Virus record (IMG/VR): IMGVR_UViG_3300032277_000033
Location: 1 to 36,060 of that record
DNA length: 36,060 nucleotides
Reading direction: 5' to 3' (one strand)
DNA from: a virus
Lineage: Duplodnaviria > Caudoviricetes
Within the stretch, counting starts at the first letter, position 1. Every line of letters begins with the position of its first letter. Positions 18,353 to 26,969 of this stretch are shown here, piece after piece. Both the position numbers and the translations under genes were made by a program. The notes under the pieces are model-generated. The model made no database searches. It was not told the origin of the DNA and saw only the letters and a list, made by a program, of their open reading frames with translations.

Positions 18353-19234
18353 TTATTCAGCACAAATTACTTCGACTACTTTGCCTTCTTCAAGACGAGT
18401 AGCGCCGAATGTACCAGAAACATAAACCTGAGTAGCATAAGACTTATCTGCACGAGGCGTAACCTCTGCGCTAATATCATCCCACATACCCAAGTGCATA
18501 CCAGACTTAGCCCACATAGGGCATCGACGCTGGCTAGAGCCGTTAACATCAAGACGCTCAATATTAATGAAATTAAAGCCCATGAATGATGTAATACGAC
18601 CATCAACCAATACCGGCTTATCATTATAATCAAGAGAAACCGCTTGAGCCTCACCTAATAGATCATCGTGCTGTTCAGCAGTTATTGCTACGAAAAGCTG
18701 ATCACTATCAAGGTCTACTTCATTTGCCATTAGTATTTTCTTACCAGCACGAAGCTTGGCAATATTCATACCTGTAGCTGAACCCGCGCCAACTGTTACA
18801 GCAACTTGATTCCCTGCTGGGAAAGTTGTGCTAGTTGTGCCATTTTCACCTGTCTTATTAGTGCCAAAGAATGCAGAGATAATCTCATCATCTTGTGAGC
18901 GACCTAAAGACATAGCGCCATTAATGGCATATGGTGAAGTAGGGTCGATAATCATACGAAGCTTGTCTTGATTATCAATTAAATCAGCCCATTCATAATC
19001 TTCTGGAAAAACCCAGCGAGCATCATGTGGTGTGCTAATTAATGGTGTGTCAGAGTGACGTGAAGTTTTCTTTTGTGCTGTTACAGCGCCTATTTGTTCA
19101 ACTGCTTTACCAGCCTTACCAGTATAGGTATCCATTGTAACTGCTTCACGCAGTTTTGAGCCTTTTTGTTGTAACAAGAAATCTACAGTATTTTTGTAGT
19201 CTTGCACAAAGGCAGTGCTAATTTCAAAGGACAT
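18353..19234 (-). CDS. major capsid protein
   Basis: AFVQ.Y...V..LLQQKGSKLR, R..D..II.A, LV.G.I..FMGF.F, GATRLEE.KVV motifs; strong RBS AGGAGG. Confidence 0.92.
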   Translation of the reverse strand: MSFEISTAFVQDYKNTVDFLLQQKGSKLREAVTMDTYTGKAGKAVEQIGAVTAQKKTSRHSDTPLISTPHDARWVFPEDYEWADLIDNQDKLRMIIDPTSPYAINGAMSLGRSQDDEIISAFFGTNKTGENGTTSTTFPAGNQVAVTVGAGSATGMNIAKLRAGKKILMANEVDLDSDQLFVAITAEQHDDLLGEAQAVSLDYNDKPVLVDGRITSFMGFNFINIERLDVNGSSQRRCPMWAKSGMHLGMWDDISAEVTPRADKSYATQVYVSGTFGATRLEEGKVVEVICAE

Positions 19235-19264
19235 AATAGCCCCTCCTATCGTTTAAGTTAAAGT

Positions 19265-19347
19265 TCATCACTTTTGGCGTGAATGACCCTAGCGTATCCG
19301 GTTTCGGGGCTACATTTTAAAACAGTGCTGGCCTTACGGGTATCAGC
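19265..19347 (-). promoter_or_regulatory. structured leader of the major capsid gene (three hairpins, two with the same internal loop)
   Basis: GCTG-ATAC-CC-GTAA-GG-C-CAGC; TAGC-C-CCG-AAAC-CGG-ATAC-GCTA; TCAC-GCCAAAA-GTGA. Confidence 0.5.
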
Positions 19348-19516
19348 TTGCCTTTTCCTTCTTAGGCGACGTTTTTTTGACTTTATCCTCATTTATTACA
19401 AATGTAAAGAAATCTTCTGCAATATCAGTGATACGGCTCCTGTCTTCTAATACAAACTTAGTTGCCATATGTTGAGCGACTTCTAAACAACGCATTCTTA
19501 TTTCAGTTTTATCCAT
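19343..19516 (-). CDS. 57-aa hypothetical protein (not in ORF track)
   Basis: MDKTEIRMRCLEVAQHMATKFVLEDRSRITDIAEDFFTFVINEDKVKKTSPKKEKAS*; overlaps the scaffold stop. Confidence 0.75.
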   Translation of the reverse strand: MDKTEIRMRCLEVAQHMATKFVLEDRSRITDIAEDFFTFVINEDKVKKTSPKKEKAS

Positions 19517-20330
19517 GAGCTAATCCCATTAATTGAGCTTTCTTTTCAACTGCTTCTTTATGACCTGGCGCAAACTTATTTGACCATGCGTTCATAAAGT
19601 CCTTATCTGTCATTAATCGTGATATTTCAGATTTTGCTTGCTCTGGTGTCATTGCAGATTGGAATCCCTGATTATCAGTACCATCCTGAAAATTAGCCTC
19701 CCCTACCTTCTCACCTAGCTTTTGAAAGAGCTTCATTGTTTCTTTATAACCAAGCTCACTCTCAATACCTTTAATTTGGTCTTCACTAATGCCTAATGAC
19801 TGTGCGGCTACTTTTGCCTGAAGCGTGTTTTTATCATGTGCTGCGCCCCATTCAGTCTTTAGCTCATTAATTTGAGTCGTAGTATTGGCCTGTGATTGGC
19901 TCTGCATGTTTTGCATAGACTCAGAATTAAACTGATTTAAGCTTTCTGCCAGTTCACCTGCCTGTTTATCAGAAAGACCAATTTTATAAGCCGTGTCTTT
20001 CATCCAGCCTGTAAAATTATCACCACCCATTTCATCGGCCATCTTAAATGAGTATCCGTCTGCTTTTTCAGGTCGGCCTAATTTTGAATAAAGCTCATTA
20101 TAACCATCTGCATCATCTGCACTTGGCATCTTAACTAACTGGCTTGGATCGCCGCCTATAAACTTACTGGCATGTTCATACCCATTAGCCATATCGCTAG
20201 GACTTGACCAGCCCTTATTCTGTACAATCGCCATTTGTGAATCTGAAAAACCCTCAGTCCATTGTGGCGTACTTGCTCCACCATCTGAACTACCTTGATT
20301 TTGGCTACCATCTGCTGCTGCATCTGTCAT
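19509..20330 (-). CDS. capsid assembly scaffolding protein
   Basis: Likely start ATG 20330; KLGRPE...Y, GLS..QA and LK.EWG motifs; lies between portal and capsid. Confidence 0.85.
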   Translation of the reverse strand: MTDAAADGSQNQGSSDGGASTPQWTEGFSDSQMAIVQNKGWSSPSDMANGYEHASKFIGGDPSQLVKMPSADDADGYNELYSKLGRPEKADGYSFKMADEMGGDNFTGWMKDTAYKIGLSDKQAGELAESLNQFNSESMQNMQSQSQANTTTQINELKTEWGAAHDKNTLQAKVAAQSLGISEDQIKGIESELGYKETMKLFQKLGEKVGEANFQDGTDNQGFQSAMTPEQAKSEISRLMTDKDFMNAWSNKFAPGHKEAVEKKAQLMGLAHG

Positions 20331-20584
20331 TATTGTTCCCCGTTGAGTAATTTCCACAGATCATCTTGTGATAACTGTAGATGTTGTTGAATTCTTAAAA
20401 ATACTTCACGTCTACCATCTAATCTTGCTGCCATGTGTGGGTCTGGATGGCCTGTTGATTCTACTGCACGACAAAAACGAGCTAAATCTGCTGTAACAAT
20501 ATCACCCTTTGGCCCATCAAATACGCTTCTATAAGCTTGCTGTCTTGAAAAAAGAAAGTCTTTTACTCTCTCTGTCATGCTCAT
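20330..20584 (-). CDS. Bbp19-like conserved head-region protein
   Basis: Y..VF..P.G..V..DL.RFC....T..PDP...A..(D)GRREV.LRI pattern. Confidence 0.8.
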   Translation of the reverse strand: MSMTERVKDFLFSRQQAYRSVFDGPKGDIVTADLARFCRAVESTGHPDPHMAARLDGRREVFLRIQQHLQLSQDDLWKLLNGEQ

Positions 20585-22185
20585 TTAGCGGCCCCTATTA
20601 ATTGCGCTTGTGCTGGTGCAGCTTCAATAGCTTGCTGTTGCTGTGCTTGCTCCTGCCGCCCTTGCCTGATACCTTTAATTTCTTTATCAGCACGCTTCCA
20701 TCTTTCAGGAACCGCATTAATACGCATTAACTCAGGTATTGCTTCGTCCATATTAAAATAATCAAATACAGAAGGGTCGCCAGATACATTTGCATAATTA
20801 GTAGCAAATTCTAATGACCTAAATAAGCCTGTTGCTTCCTCTGCACGTTGAGCGCGTGATAATGGTGAATCATATTGTATTTCAAACTCACCTTCAGCCT
20901 CAAGTAGCTGTCGAGGCATAGGCGGCAATAAACCTTGACGCATTAATATATCAAGCTCTCGCTCAATCATTGGGCTTAATGCTTCTGTTTGCTGCCTGCC
21001 CATAGTCGGGCTTAATAACATGCCTTTTTCACGAGTACGCTCCAATACCTCAGTAGCAGTCATTTGAGGGCTATCAGTCAATATCTGGAATAAATTAACC
21101 AAGAAAACATCATTGATAACCTCACGCTCTTGGTTCATCATTTCAAAACCAGCAGATAAATTACCTGTAGGCATGGTCTGAACTAAAGCTCTGCCTTCTG
21201 CGCTTACGCCACCCGCATTTGCTGCTCCTGGGCGCATACTAAATGTGTTCGCTATTCCATCATCGTGCATCAATAAAACAGGGTCTACAACTCTGTGACC
21301 TTGTTTTAATACTGTTTTCTTCTGCTCATTTAATGTCTTGATAGAAGGCAGGGCTGTCATTGCAGGAGATCGACCATATATCTCACCTGGCGCTGTAACA
21401 TAACGGCTAACAACATAAGGAAATGTGTTATATCCACCTTCTTCTAATATTGAATTACCTTCTTTTGTGACATAGATGCTTTTAAACTCCATGCCTTTAA
21501 AGTCTGATCGAGCCTCATCACGCTCCATATTGGGTTTTACGCAATGCACTATCTCGAAGGTTTGCTCTGGCGTTTTCTCTGCTATTTTGTGTATTGATTC
21601 AGGTACACGCTCATTATCAAACTTCTGTAGGATTTGACGAGCTGTTAAATGAAATTCACGATAAACAGTATCAACAATGCCTTGATGGTTTTCTGCAAAA
21701 TAAATACCGCCTAAATGATTGGCTTTGTAGCGAATACCGCCTTCTGCCATTTGATCGAGAAACATAACGCCCGTACCAAATGCGCCCAGCCCCATAAATA
21801 CCTCATTTTGCTGAGAGGCATAATTAGCTTTAGGTGTGTATCTTTGTTTAAATAGAATATCGGTTACTGCATCAAACCAGAGCCTTGTTTCTCTATCCCG
21901 ATTTAATGCTTCATCTGAAGCCTTTAAAAAATGCCATTTCTGATTTCTAGGAACCAGCATTGACTCCATAACAGAGGCAAATCGCTCTAATCCTAAAGCG
22001 GCTGTTGCATCAAACATTTTTTGTGTGCGTTTGTCGCCTTTTGTATTTACATAGGCTTGACCTATAAAAGAATCTTTATATCTTGGTAGAACAACCTCTG
22101 CTATTTCTTCCCAATGAGATTCCCACGAGCCACGATCAGATTTGAGCCTGGATACCCTATTGAATATATCAGCTACTTCGCTCAT
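20581..22185 (-). CDS. portal (head-tail connector, T7 gp8-like)
   Basis: R..WE.HW.E, GE.YGRSP.M.ALP, MTATEV.ER..EK...L.P..GR, Y.SPL.RAQ motifs. Confidence 0.95.
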   Translation of the reverse strand: MSEVADIFNRVSRLKSDRGSWESHWEEIAEVVLPRYKDSFIGQAYVNTKGDKRTQKMFDATAALGLERFASVMESMLVPRNQKWHFLKASDEALNRDRETRLWFDAVTDILFKQRYTPKANYASQQNEVFMGLGAFGTGVMFLDQMAEGGIRYKANHLGGIYFAENHQGIVDTVYREFHLTARQILQKFDNERVPESIHKIAEKTPEQTFEIVHCVKPNMERDEARSDFKGMEFKSIYVTKEGNSILEEGGYNTFPYVVSRYVTAPGEIYGRSPAMTALPSIKTLNEQKKTVLKQGHRVVDPVLLMHDDGIANTFSMRPGAANAGGVSAEGRALVQTMPTGNLSAGFEMMNQEREVINDVFLVNLFQILTDSPQMTATEVLERTREKGMLLSPTMGRQQTEALSPMIERELDILMRQGLLPPMPRQLLEAEGEFEIQYDSPLSRAQRAEEATGLFRSLEFATNYANVSGDPSVFDYFNMDEAIPELMRINAVPERWKRADKEIKGIRQGRQEQAQQQQAIEAAPAQAQLIGAAK

Positions 22186-22493
22186 CCTAATAACTCATCA
22201 CTAGCCGCCAATGAGTCCATCCCTCTCAATTTTCGTCTACGCAATACAGGGTCTTCTGTAACACCTTCTGTGCTGGTTAAGACTGTAGAGGCAGAGCCTT
22301 CTAATGAAGATAATCTTTCCTGCTCTACTGCTGCGGCCTGTTCTTCGCCCTGCTGTTGGTCTCTTGCATCCATCACGAGACGAATAGTATTTTGCATATC
22401 AACTAAATTTTGATTTGCTTGAGCTTCGTCCGCTATTCGTCTATCACGGGCATGACGCGACTCACCTGTAAATATCTCTGTTAGACTTGCCAT
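22182..22493 (-). CDS. small virion protein preceding the portal
   Basis: STVLTS..G and C-terminal LLG pattern typical of this position. Confidence 0.65.
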   Translation of the reverse strand: MASLTEIFTGESRHARDRRIADEAQANQNLVDMQNTIRLVMDARDQQQGEEQAAAVEQERLSSLEGSASTVLTSTEGVTEDPVLRRRKLRGMDSLAASDELLG

Positions 22494-22514
22494 AATATTT
22501 CCTCAGTTTTGCAA

Positions 22515-22543
22515 AGTATGTACCATAATATTCAGTTAAGCAA
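22515..22543 (-). promoter_or_regulatory. possible sigma70 promoter for the head genes
   Basis: TTGCTT-17 nt-CATACT upstream of 22493. Confidence 0.35.
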
Positions 22544-24068
22544 ATACATCATAGTCAATACCGTCAACTATCTTAACACCTCTATTTATATCATAAGGCC
22601 CAAAGTCACGTCTGGATACGGGTGCTGCAAATGTTAATGCTAATCCATCAGCCCAATCTGGACTTGACAGCCCCCTCTTTTTCATTTCATCTTTCTTCTC
22701 TAAAGACAGTGTTGACGCATCCCCTGTGTACTTATACATAGGGGAGGTTAGATCAGAATACAATATCTCATCATCTGAAATAGCGCCACGAGATAACCAG
22801 TCCTTCATATCATCCCACATCTGACAGCGCATATTCAAATGCTTATTTTTATCTTTTGCTTTTGAGCCAAAATTAATACCTACAACCTTAAAGCCACGCC
22901 CGAGCAATATATCAACCAGCCCACCACCCACTCCGCCCTCATCAATAAAGATACCATCGGGCTTATATTCATTAATCATTTTAGCTGCTTCGTTAGCTAA
23001 TTCTAATACGCTCATGTGCATATAGTTCATAACAGGGATTGAGCGAGCATCACGGCCTTTTCTGAAAAAGAACACGGACTCATCATCACCAAAACGAGCA
23101 ACATCTATCCCCATTATCAAAGGTGCGCCTCTGTCTTCTTCTACTTGCCTTATTTGAGCTTCACTGACAACCTCGCCGGATATAAACTGATTTGTGCCCT
23201 GTCTTGGGAACTGGCCTTTAACACGCACCCTTGATACATCAGAATCTTCGCCATATTCTTCTATAATTTCATTAAGGTAGGTTTTATTGGTTATTTCAAC
23301 GGTTCGAGAGTCTATATTTCTGTTTTTCCATAACCGTCTGTTTTTATGAAAGCATTCAAAGAAAGGGCCAGAGTTTTGAGTCGGATTACCAAATGCAGCC
23401 CATATCTTATCCCCATCTTCATCTGTCATTGCGCCAAGTGTTGTCTCCCAAATAGGACTTGGTATTGTACTGGCCTCATCGAATATAAAATTCGTACCGT
23501 ATTGTGAGTGTATTCCCGCGAAGGATTCAGGCTTATCCTCATTCCACGTTACAGCCGCAGCATAGTAATATTTAATATCAATATAGAGTTGTCTTGAGAC
23601 AAGGCCACCAAACCATTTACTCGGTAGCATTTTAGTTGCTGTGACCTCAAACCAGTGTTCATTCAAAGCCATATTGACCCACTTACCTAACTCAGGCCAT
23701 GTTTTACCTCGAAGCTGATCTTCCGTGTTTGCAGTAACAATAGTGGTCGCGCCTGGTCGGGTAGATTCAAACCAGTGCGATAGCCATGCCATCGTTGAAG
23801 ACTTACCAATACCATGACCGGATGCAATTGCCTCGCGTATTAACGAAGCATCTTTTTTATCTTTTCGCTGTGCCTCATTCCAAAGTAGTTTTTCAGTAAT
23901 ATCCATGAACAAATCCATTTGCCACGTAGACGGCCCCGTTTTATGCTCTAATGGCGTTCCATGCTCACCCCACGGGTAGCAATATCGGACAAATTTCTCA
24001 GGCTGATTCTTTAATGCAAATATATCCAGCATTAATTCCTCTTCTTGCGCTTTACTATACTTTGCCAT
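22536..24068 (-). CDS. terL: terminase large subunit
   Basis: Walker A ASGHGIGKS, Walker B IFDEAS, GNPT, nuclease motifs GIDVARFGDD and SPD.ADGLALTFA. Confidence 0.95.
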   Translation of the reverse strand: MAKYSKAQEEELMLDIFALKNQPEKFVRYCYPWGEHGTPLEHKTGPSTWQMDLFMDITEKLLWNEAQRKDKKDASLIREAIASGHGIGKSSTMAWLSHWFESTRPGATTIVTANTEDQLRGKTWPELGKWVNMALNEHWFEVTATKMLPSKWFGGLVSRQLYIDIKYYYAAAVTWNEDKPESFAGIHSQYGTNFIFDEASTIPSPIWETTLGAMTDEDGDKIWAAFGNPTQNSGPFFECFHKNRRLWKNRNIDSRTVEITNKTYLNEIIEEYGEDSDVSRVRVKGQFPRQGTNQFISGEVVSEAQIRQVEEDRGAPLIMGIDVARFGDDESVFFFRKGRDARSIPVMNYMHMSVLELANEAAKMINEYKPDGIFIDEGGVGGGLVDILLGRGFKVVGINFGSKAKDKNKHLNMRCQMWDDMKDWLSRGAISDDEILYSDLTSPMYKYTGDASTLSLEKKDEMKKRGLSSPDWADGLALTFAAPVSRRDFGPYDINRGVKIVDGIDYDVFA

Positions 24069-24612
24069 CTAGCTTTTCCTTTGCCTCTAACAACATTGAT
24101 AGCGTTTCTTTATCAATCGATACCATATCATTGTCTTCAACTATATCACCGTCAATTACTTTCATTCTATCAAGTGCTTTTTGTCTAACATCAGTAATAT
24201 CCACTTGCATATCAACATCTATCGACACAGAAGGCGCATGACCGCCATAATCCATCAACAGTTTTCCCGCCTGTAGTTTCTCACGATGTGGTGCATCAGT
24301 ATCTTCAGCAACATCAATAATCTTCTGATAGCCTAATAAGGCAAATTTCTTTTTCTGTTCTTCAAATCGCTCAAAAATATAAGGCTTTAACGTCTCATAC
24401 ATTCGTTTGGCAGTCATTGTCATGGATTTACTTTCAGGGAACCCCGCATCCCTTAATGCCTGTGTCGGACTACCAGGGTCTTTCATAAAGTTATCAATAA
24501 AATCAGAAAAGTAAGCCTGATGTTTATAAGGCAATCCCTCTTTAGTCCTCAAACACGACCAATCATCTTCATAAACCCACTCTTCATCTTCTGCTAACTC
24601 TTGATCTGACAT
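24055..24612 (-). CDS. putative terminase small subunit (likely start ATG 24612)
   Basis: Directly upstream of and overlapping terL; QA.RDAGF HTH-like segment and KLQA.K.L.D..G motif. Confidence 0.7.
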   Translation of the reverse strand: MSDQELAEDEEWVYEDDWSCLRTKEGLPYKHQAYFSDFIDNFMKDPGSPTQALRDAGFPESKSMTMTAKRMYETLKPYIFERFEEQKKKFALLGYQKIIDVAEDTDAPHREKLQAGKLLMDYGGHAPSVSIDVDMQVDITDVRQKALDRMKVIDGDIVEDNDMVSIDKETLSMLLEAKEKLDGKV

Positions 24613-24996
24613 ATGGCTACCTAAAAGTTTAACTAAAATAAAGTATATAGCAAAAATATGAGTTATACTAAATTTAATGCCAAGGAGGCACGAGCTAATA
24701 ATGCCAAGCTCACTAAACAAAAGGCTAAGTCGGGGGCAGAGGAACCTTCCCAATCCAACTGGTGATGTGCCAGCGATTACAAACCCTAACGGGCAATACG
24801 ACACGCATCAACTCTCAATCAAAGAGGGTTTACCAATACGGTTCCCTTTTTACTCTCAAATCAGCGTAACCTCTCAACAGTCTTGGTTATTTTAGATACT
24901 TCTCATATATATTTCAGATTAGCTTATTCGGTGTTTTTAAGTCATGTGTACGGGAGCTGTGAGTACCCTTACATAAATATCAACTCCAATCTCCTA

Positions 24997-25029
24997 CCCC
25001 TCCCCCCTCAACCACCCCCCCTCTCACCC
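24997..25029. repeat. C-run tract (G4-capable on the minus strand)
   Basis: CCCC-T-CCCCCC-TCAACCA-CCCCCCC-TCTCA-CCC. Confidence 0.7.
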
Positions 25030-25141
25030 TACATGATGATCAAGTGTAAATCCCCTGCATGGCGCACCATGTAAGGCTCTCAGCGTATAAGGTAGACGTG
25101 TTCGGTAATTACAGTGAAGGGAGAATAGTGCGGGAACCGGC

Positions 25142-25186
25142 TCAATTACTACATCAATTAGTACATCAATCATCATTCAATTAGCA
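25142..25186. repeat. four imperfect 11-12 nt direct repeats starting TCAAT
   Basis: TCAATTACTACA, TCAATTAGTACA, TCAATCATCAT, TCAATTAGCA. Confidence 0.65.
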
Positions 25187-25219
25187 TCACAAACAACAAA
25201 CCATTATAGATGAATATAC

Positions 25220-25291
25220 TTATCCACAGGTTATCCACAACATACCCATACTTATCCACAGGCAATGATAGTTATCCACAAGTTATCCACA
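25220..25291 (+). promoter_or_regulatory. array of five perfect co-oriented DnaA boxes (TTATCCACA)
   Basis: Exact matches at 25220, 25231, 25252, 25272 and 25283; a 6/9 match (ATACCCATA) at 25242. Confidence 0.9.
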
Positions 25292-25389
25292 GATAGTGGT
25301 GTTTGTACGTGAATACTTTAATACTTAGAGGGTGATTACCTTGAAGTATTTAAGCTGAGTGACCTTGTTCTGTGCTGATAGTGGTTATC

Positions 25390-25454
25390 ATTAGTTTAAT
25401 TAATACGGGTATAAAAACCTTTCATTATCTTTCTTTATATTCTTGCGCAATACT
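25390..25454 (+). promoter_or_regulatory. promoter A: tandem T-N11-A boxes plus -10
   Basis: ATTAGTTTAATTAAT-6 nt-ATAAAAACCTTTCAT-23 nt-AATACT. Confidence 0.6.
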
Positions 25455-25486
25455 CTTTACATCAACTAGATAAAGGAACCGATGCT

Positions 25487-25618
25487 ATGAAATATATAAT
25501 AACTGATGGTGTAACTGAGTATGGTCAAGCTTATGACACTGAAGAAGAAGCACAAGCAGAGTGTGACTATTTAAACTCTACTGAAGTAGACATCTATTTT
25601 AGTGTATTAGAGGTATAA
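25487..25618 (+). CDS. 43-aa acidic protein, first gene of the rightward early unit (not in ORF track)
   Basis: MKYIITDGVTEYGQAYDTEEEAQAECDYLNSTEVDIYFSVLEV*; RBS AAAGGA. Confidence 0.7.
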   Translation: MKYIITDGVTEYGQAYDTEEEAQAECDYLNSTEVDIYFSVLEV

Positions 25619-25622
25619 GACT

Positions 25623-25943
25623 ATGAAAATAACTAACCAGACAACGCGTAAAGCATGGACTGAACAAGACAATAAGAGCATCTGTGAATTATACAGCTTG
25701 TTCCACTTATATCAGTCTATGGGCACTAAATACAGTAAGGCCCCTATTGTTCGCCAGTATGCAGAAGAAATGGAGCGCTCTAAGGGTTCAATAGAATGCA
25801 AACTAATGAATATATCAGCTATTCGTCAAGAACTGGGTTTAGACATTGTTAAGGGTTATAAGGCGTTAAGCAATTACAACAAAGATTTAAAGATAGCTTA
25901 TCTTAACTCATTTGAATTAATCAACGAATTAAAGGCGGCATAA
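25623..25943 (+). CDS. standalone domain resembling the N-terminus of HNH/McrA-like and DUF3883 endonucleases, with no nuclease domain
   Basis: W...(D/E).....LY......G..Y.K....R......RS.GSIE.KL.NISA...ELG.....GYK...NY pattern, recognised by eye. Confidence 0.6.
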   Translation: MKITNQTTRKAWTEQDNKSICELYSLFHLYQSMGTKYSKAPIVRQYAEEMERSKGSIECKLMNISAIRQELGLDIVKGYKALSNYNKDLKIAYLNSFELINELKAA

Positions 25944-25945
25944 TC

Positions 25946-26167
25946 ATGTATTGCTTAACAATGGAAGACAGAGCCAATTACACAATGAATACAATGTTAT
26001 TTGATGATCTTGATCAGGCTCAAGCCGCTATGCTTACGTTTGGTAATCAAGATTTAATCGATGACGAATGTGAGCCATTAGATGATCTTGAAGATAGCTA
26101 TTCAATGGACACGCATAATACGTCTTACAGAATAACGTTAGTCACTGATTGTAGGAATACATTATGA
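25946..26167 (+). CDS. acidic hypothetical protein
   Basis: 73 aa, Asp/Glu rich; in operon. Confidence 0.7.
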   Translation: MYCLTMEDRANYTMNTMLFDDLDQAQAAMLTFGNQDLIDDECEPLDDLEDSYSMDTHNTSYRITLVTDCRNTL

Positions 26168-26367
26168 ACTATTCAGTTAAAAACATTAAATACTTAGAGA
26201 CCTCGCGCGGCGTGGCATTTACTGCTGATCTTTATGAAGGCAATAAGAAAGTAGGGATTGTTGAGAATCAAGGTATGGGTGGTGATACATATTGTCGTGC
26301 TAAACCTGATCTTGATGAAGGCTATCTTGAGCATATTCTTGATGTTGCTGAAGGTATTCAAGCATGA
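26164..26367 (+). CDS. conserved phage hypothetical protein
   Basis: F.A.LY...KKVG.V.N.G.GG.T pattern; 4-bp overlaps. Confidence 0.7.
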   Translation: MNYSVKNIKYLETSRGVAFTADLYEGNKKVGIVENQGMGGDTYCRAKPDLDEGYLEHILDVAEGIQA

Positions 26368-26969
26368 ACGTATTAATAGGCTGTGAAGAGTCACAAGTGG
26401 TTTGTCAGTCCTTTAGGAGTTTAGGTCATAATGCTTTTAGCTGTGATCTTGTTGATACCCGAGGCAATCCTAGCTGGCACATTAAAGGTGATGTAATGGA
26501 CGCCATTCAATCTCGTTACTGGGATTTGATTATCCTACACCCTGATTGCACAGCAATGGCTTTAAGTGGTAATCGTTGGTATGGGTCTAATATGCCACAC
26601 AATGACAAGCGCATTAAATCAGTTGAATGGACTTTAAAGTTGTGGGAATTAGCCTTAAAACGATCAAATCGGGTTTGCCTGGAAAATCCTAAATCTGTAA
26701 TTTTCCCTTTGTTGCGTGATATGGGTCATACAATCCAATACATTCAACCGTGGATGTTTGGTCATACCGAAAACAAAGAAACAGGTTTATGTTTACATGG
26801 ATTGCCTAAACTTAAATGGACTAATGATGTTAGCCAGTTAATGGTTAATATGAGCAAATCAGAAACAGACAAAGTTCATTATGCCTCGCCATCACCAACA
26901 CGCAAACGTGATAGATCAGTAACTTATCAAGGCATAGCAAACGCTATGGCCGAACAATGGAGCAAATAA
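26364..26969 (+). CDS. short DNA cytosine-methyltransferase-like protein
   Basis: VL..CEES..V...F...GH.A.SCD, HPDC (the family usually has HPPC), ENP, IQPW.FGH...K.T, RS.TY.GIA.AMA.QW. Confidence 0.75.
   Translation: MNVLIGCEESQVVCQSFRSLGHNAFSCDLVDTRGNPSWHIKGDVMDAIQSRYWDLIILHPDCTAMALSGNRWYGSNMPHNDKRIKSVEWTLKLWELALKRSNRVCLENPKSVIFPLLRDMGHTIQYIQPWMFGHTENKETGLCLHGLPKLKWTNDVSQLMVNMSKSETDKVHYASPSPTRKRDRSVTYQGIANAMAEQWSK

Noticed and set aside
24613-24804. Hydrophobic 64-aa N-terminal extension of TerS from the ORF track
   Set aside because: Alternative start without RBS support; ATG 24612 with an upstream AGGT and an acidic N-terminus is more plausible.
25220-25291. CRISPR array or generic tandem repeat
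   Set aside because: The repeats are 9-nt DnaA boxes with 2-12 nt gaps; no spacer-sized units and no cas genes.
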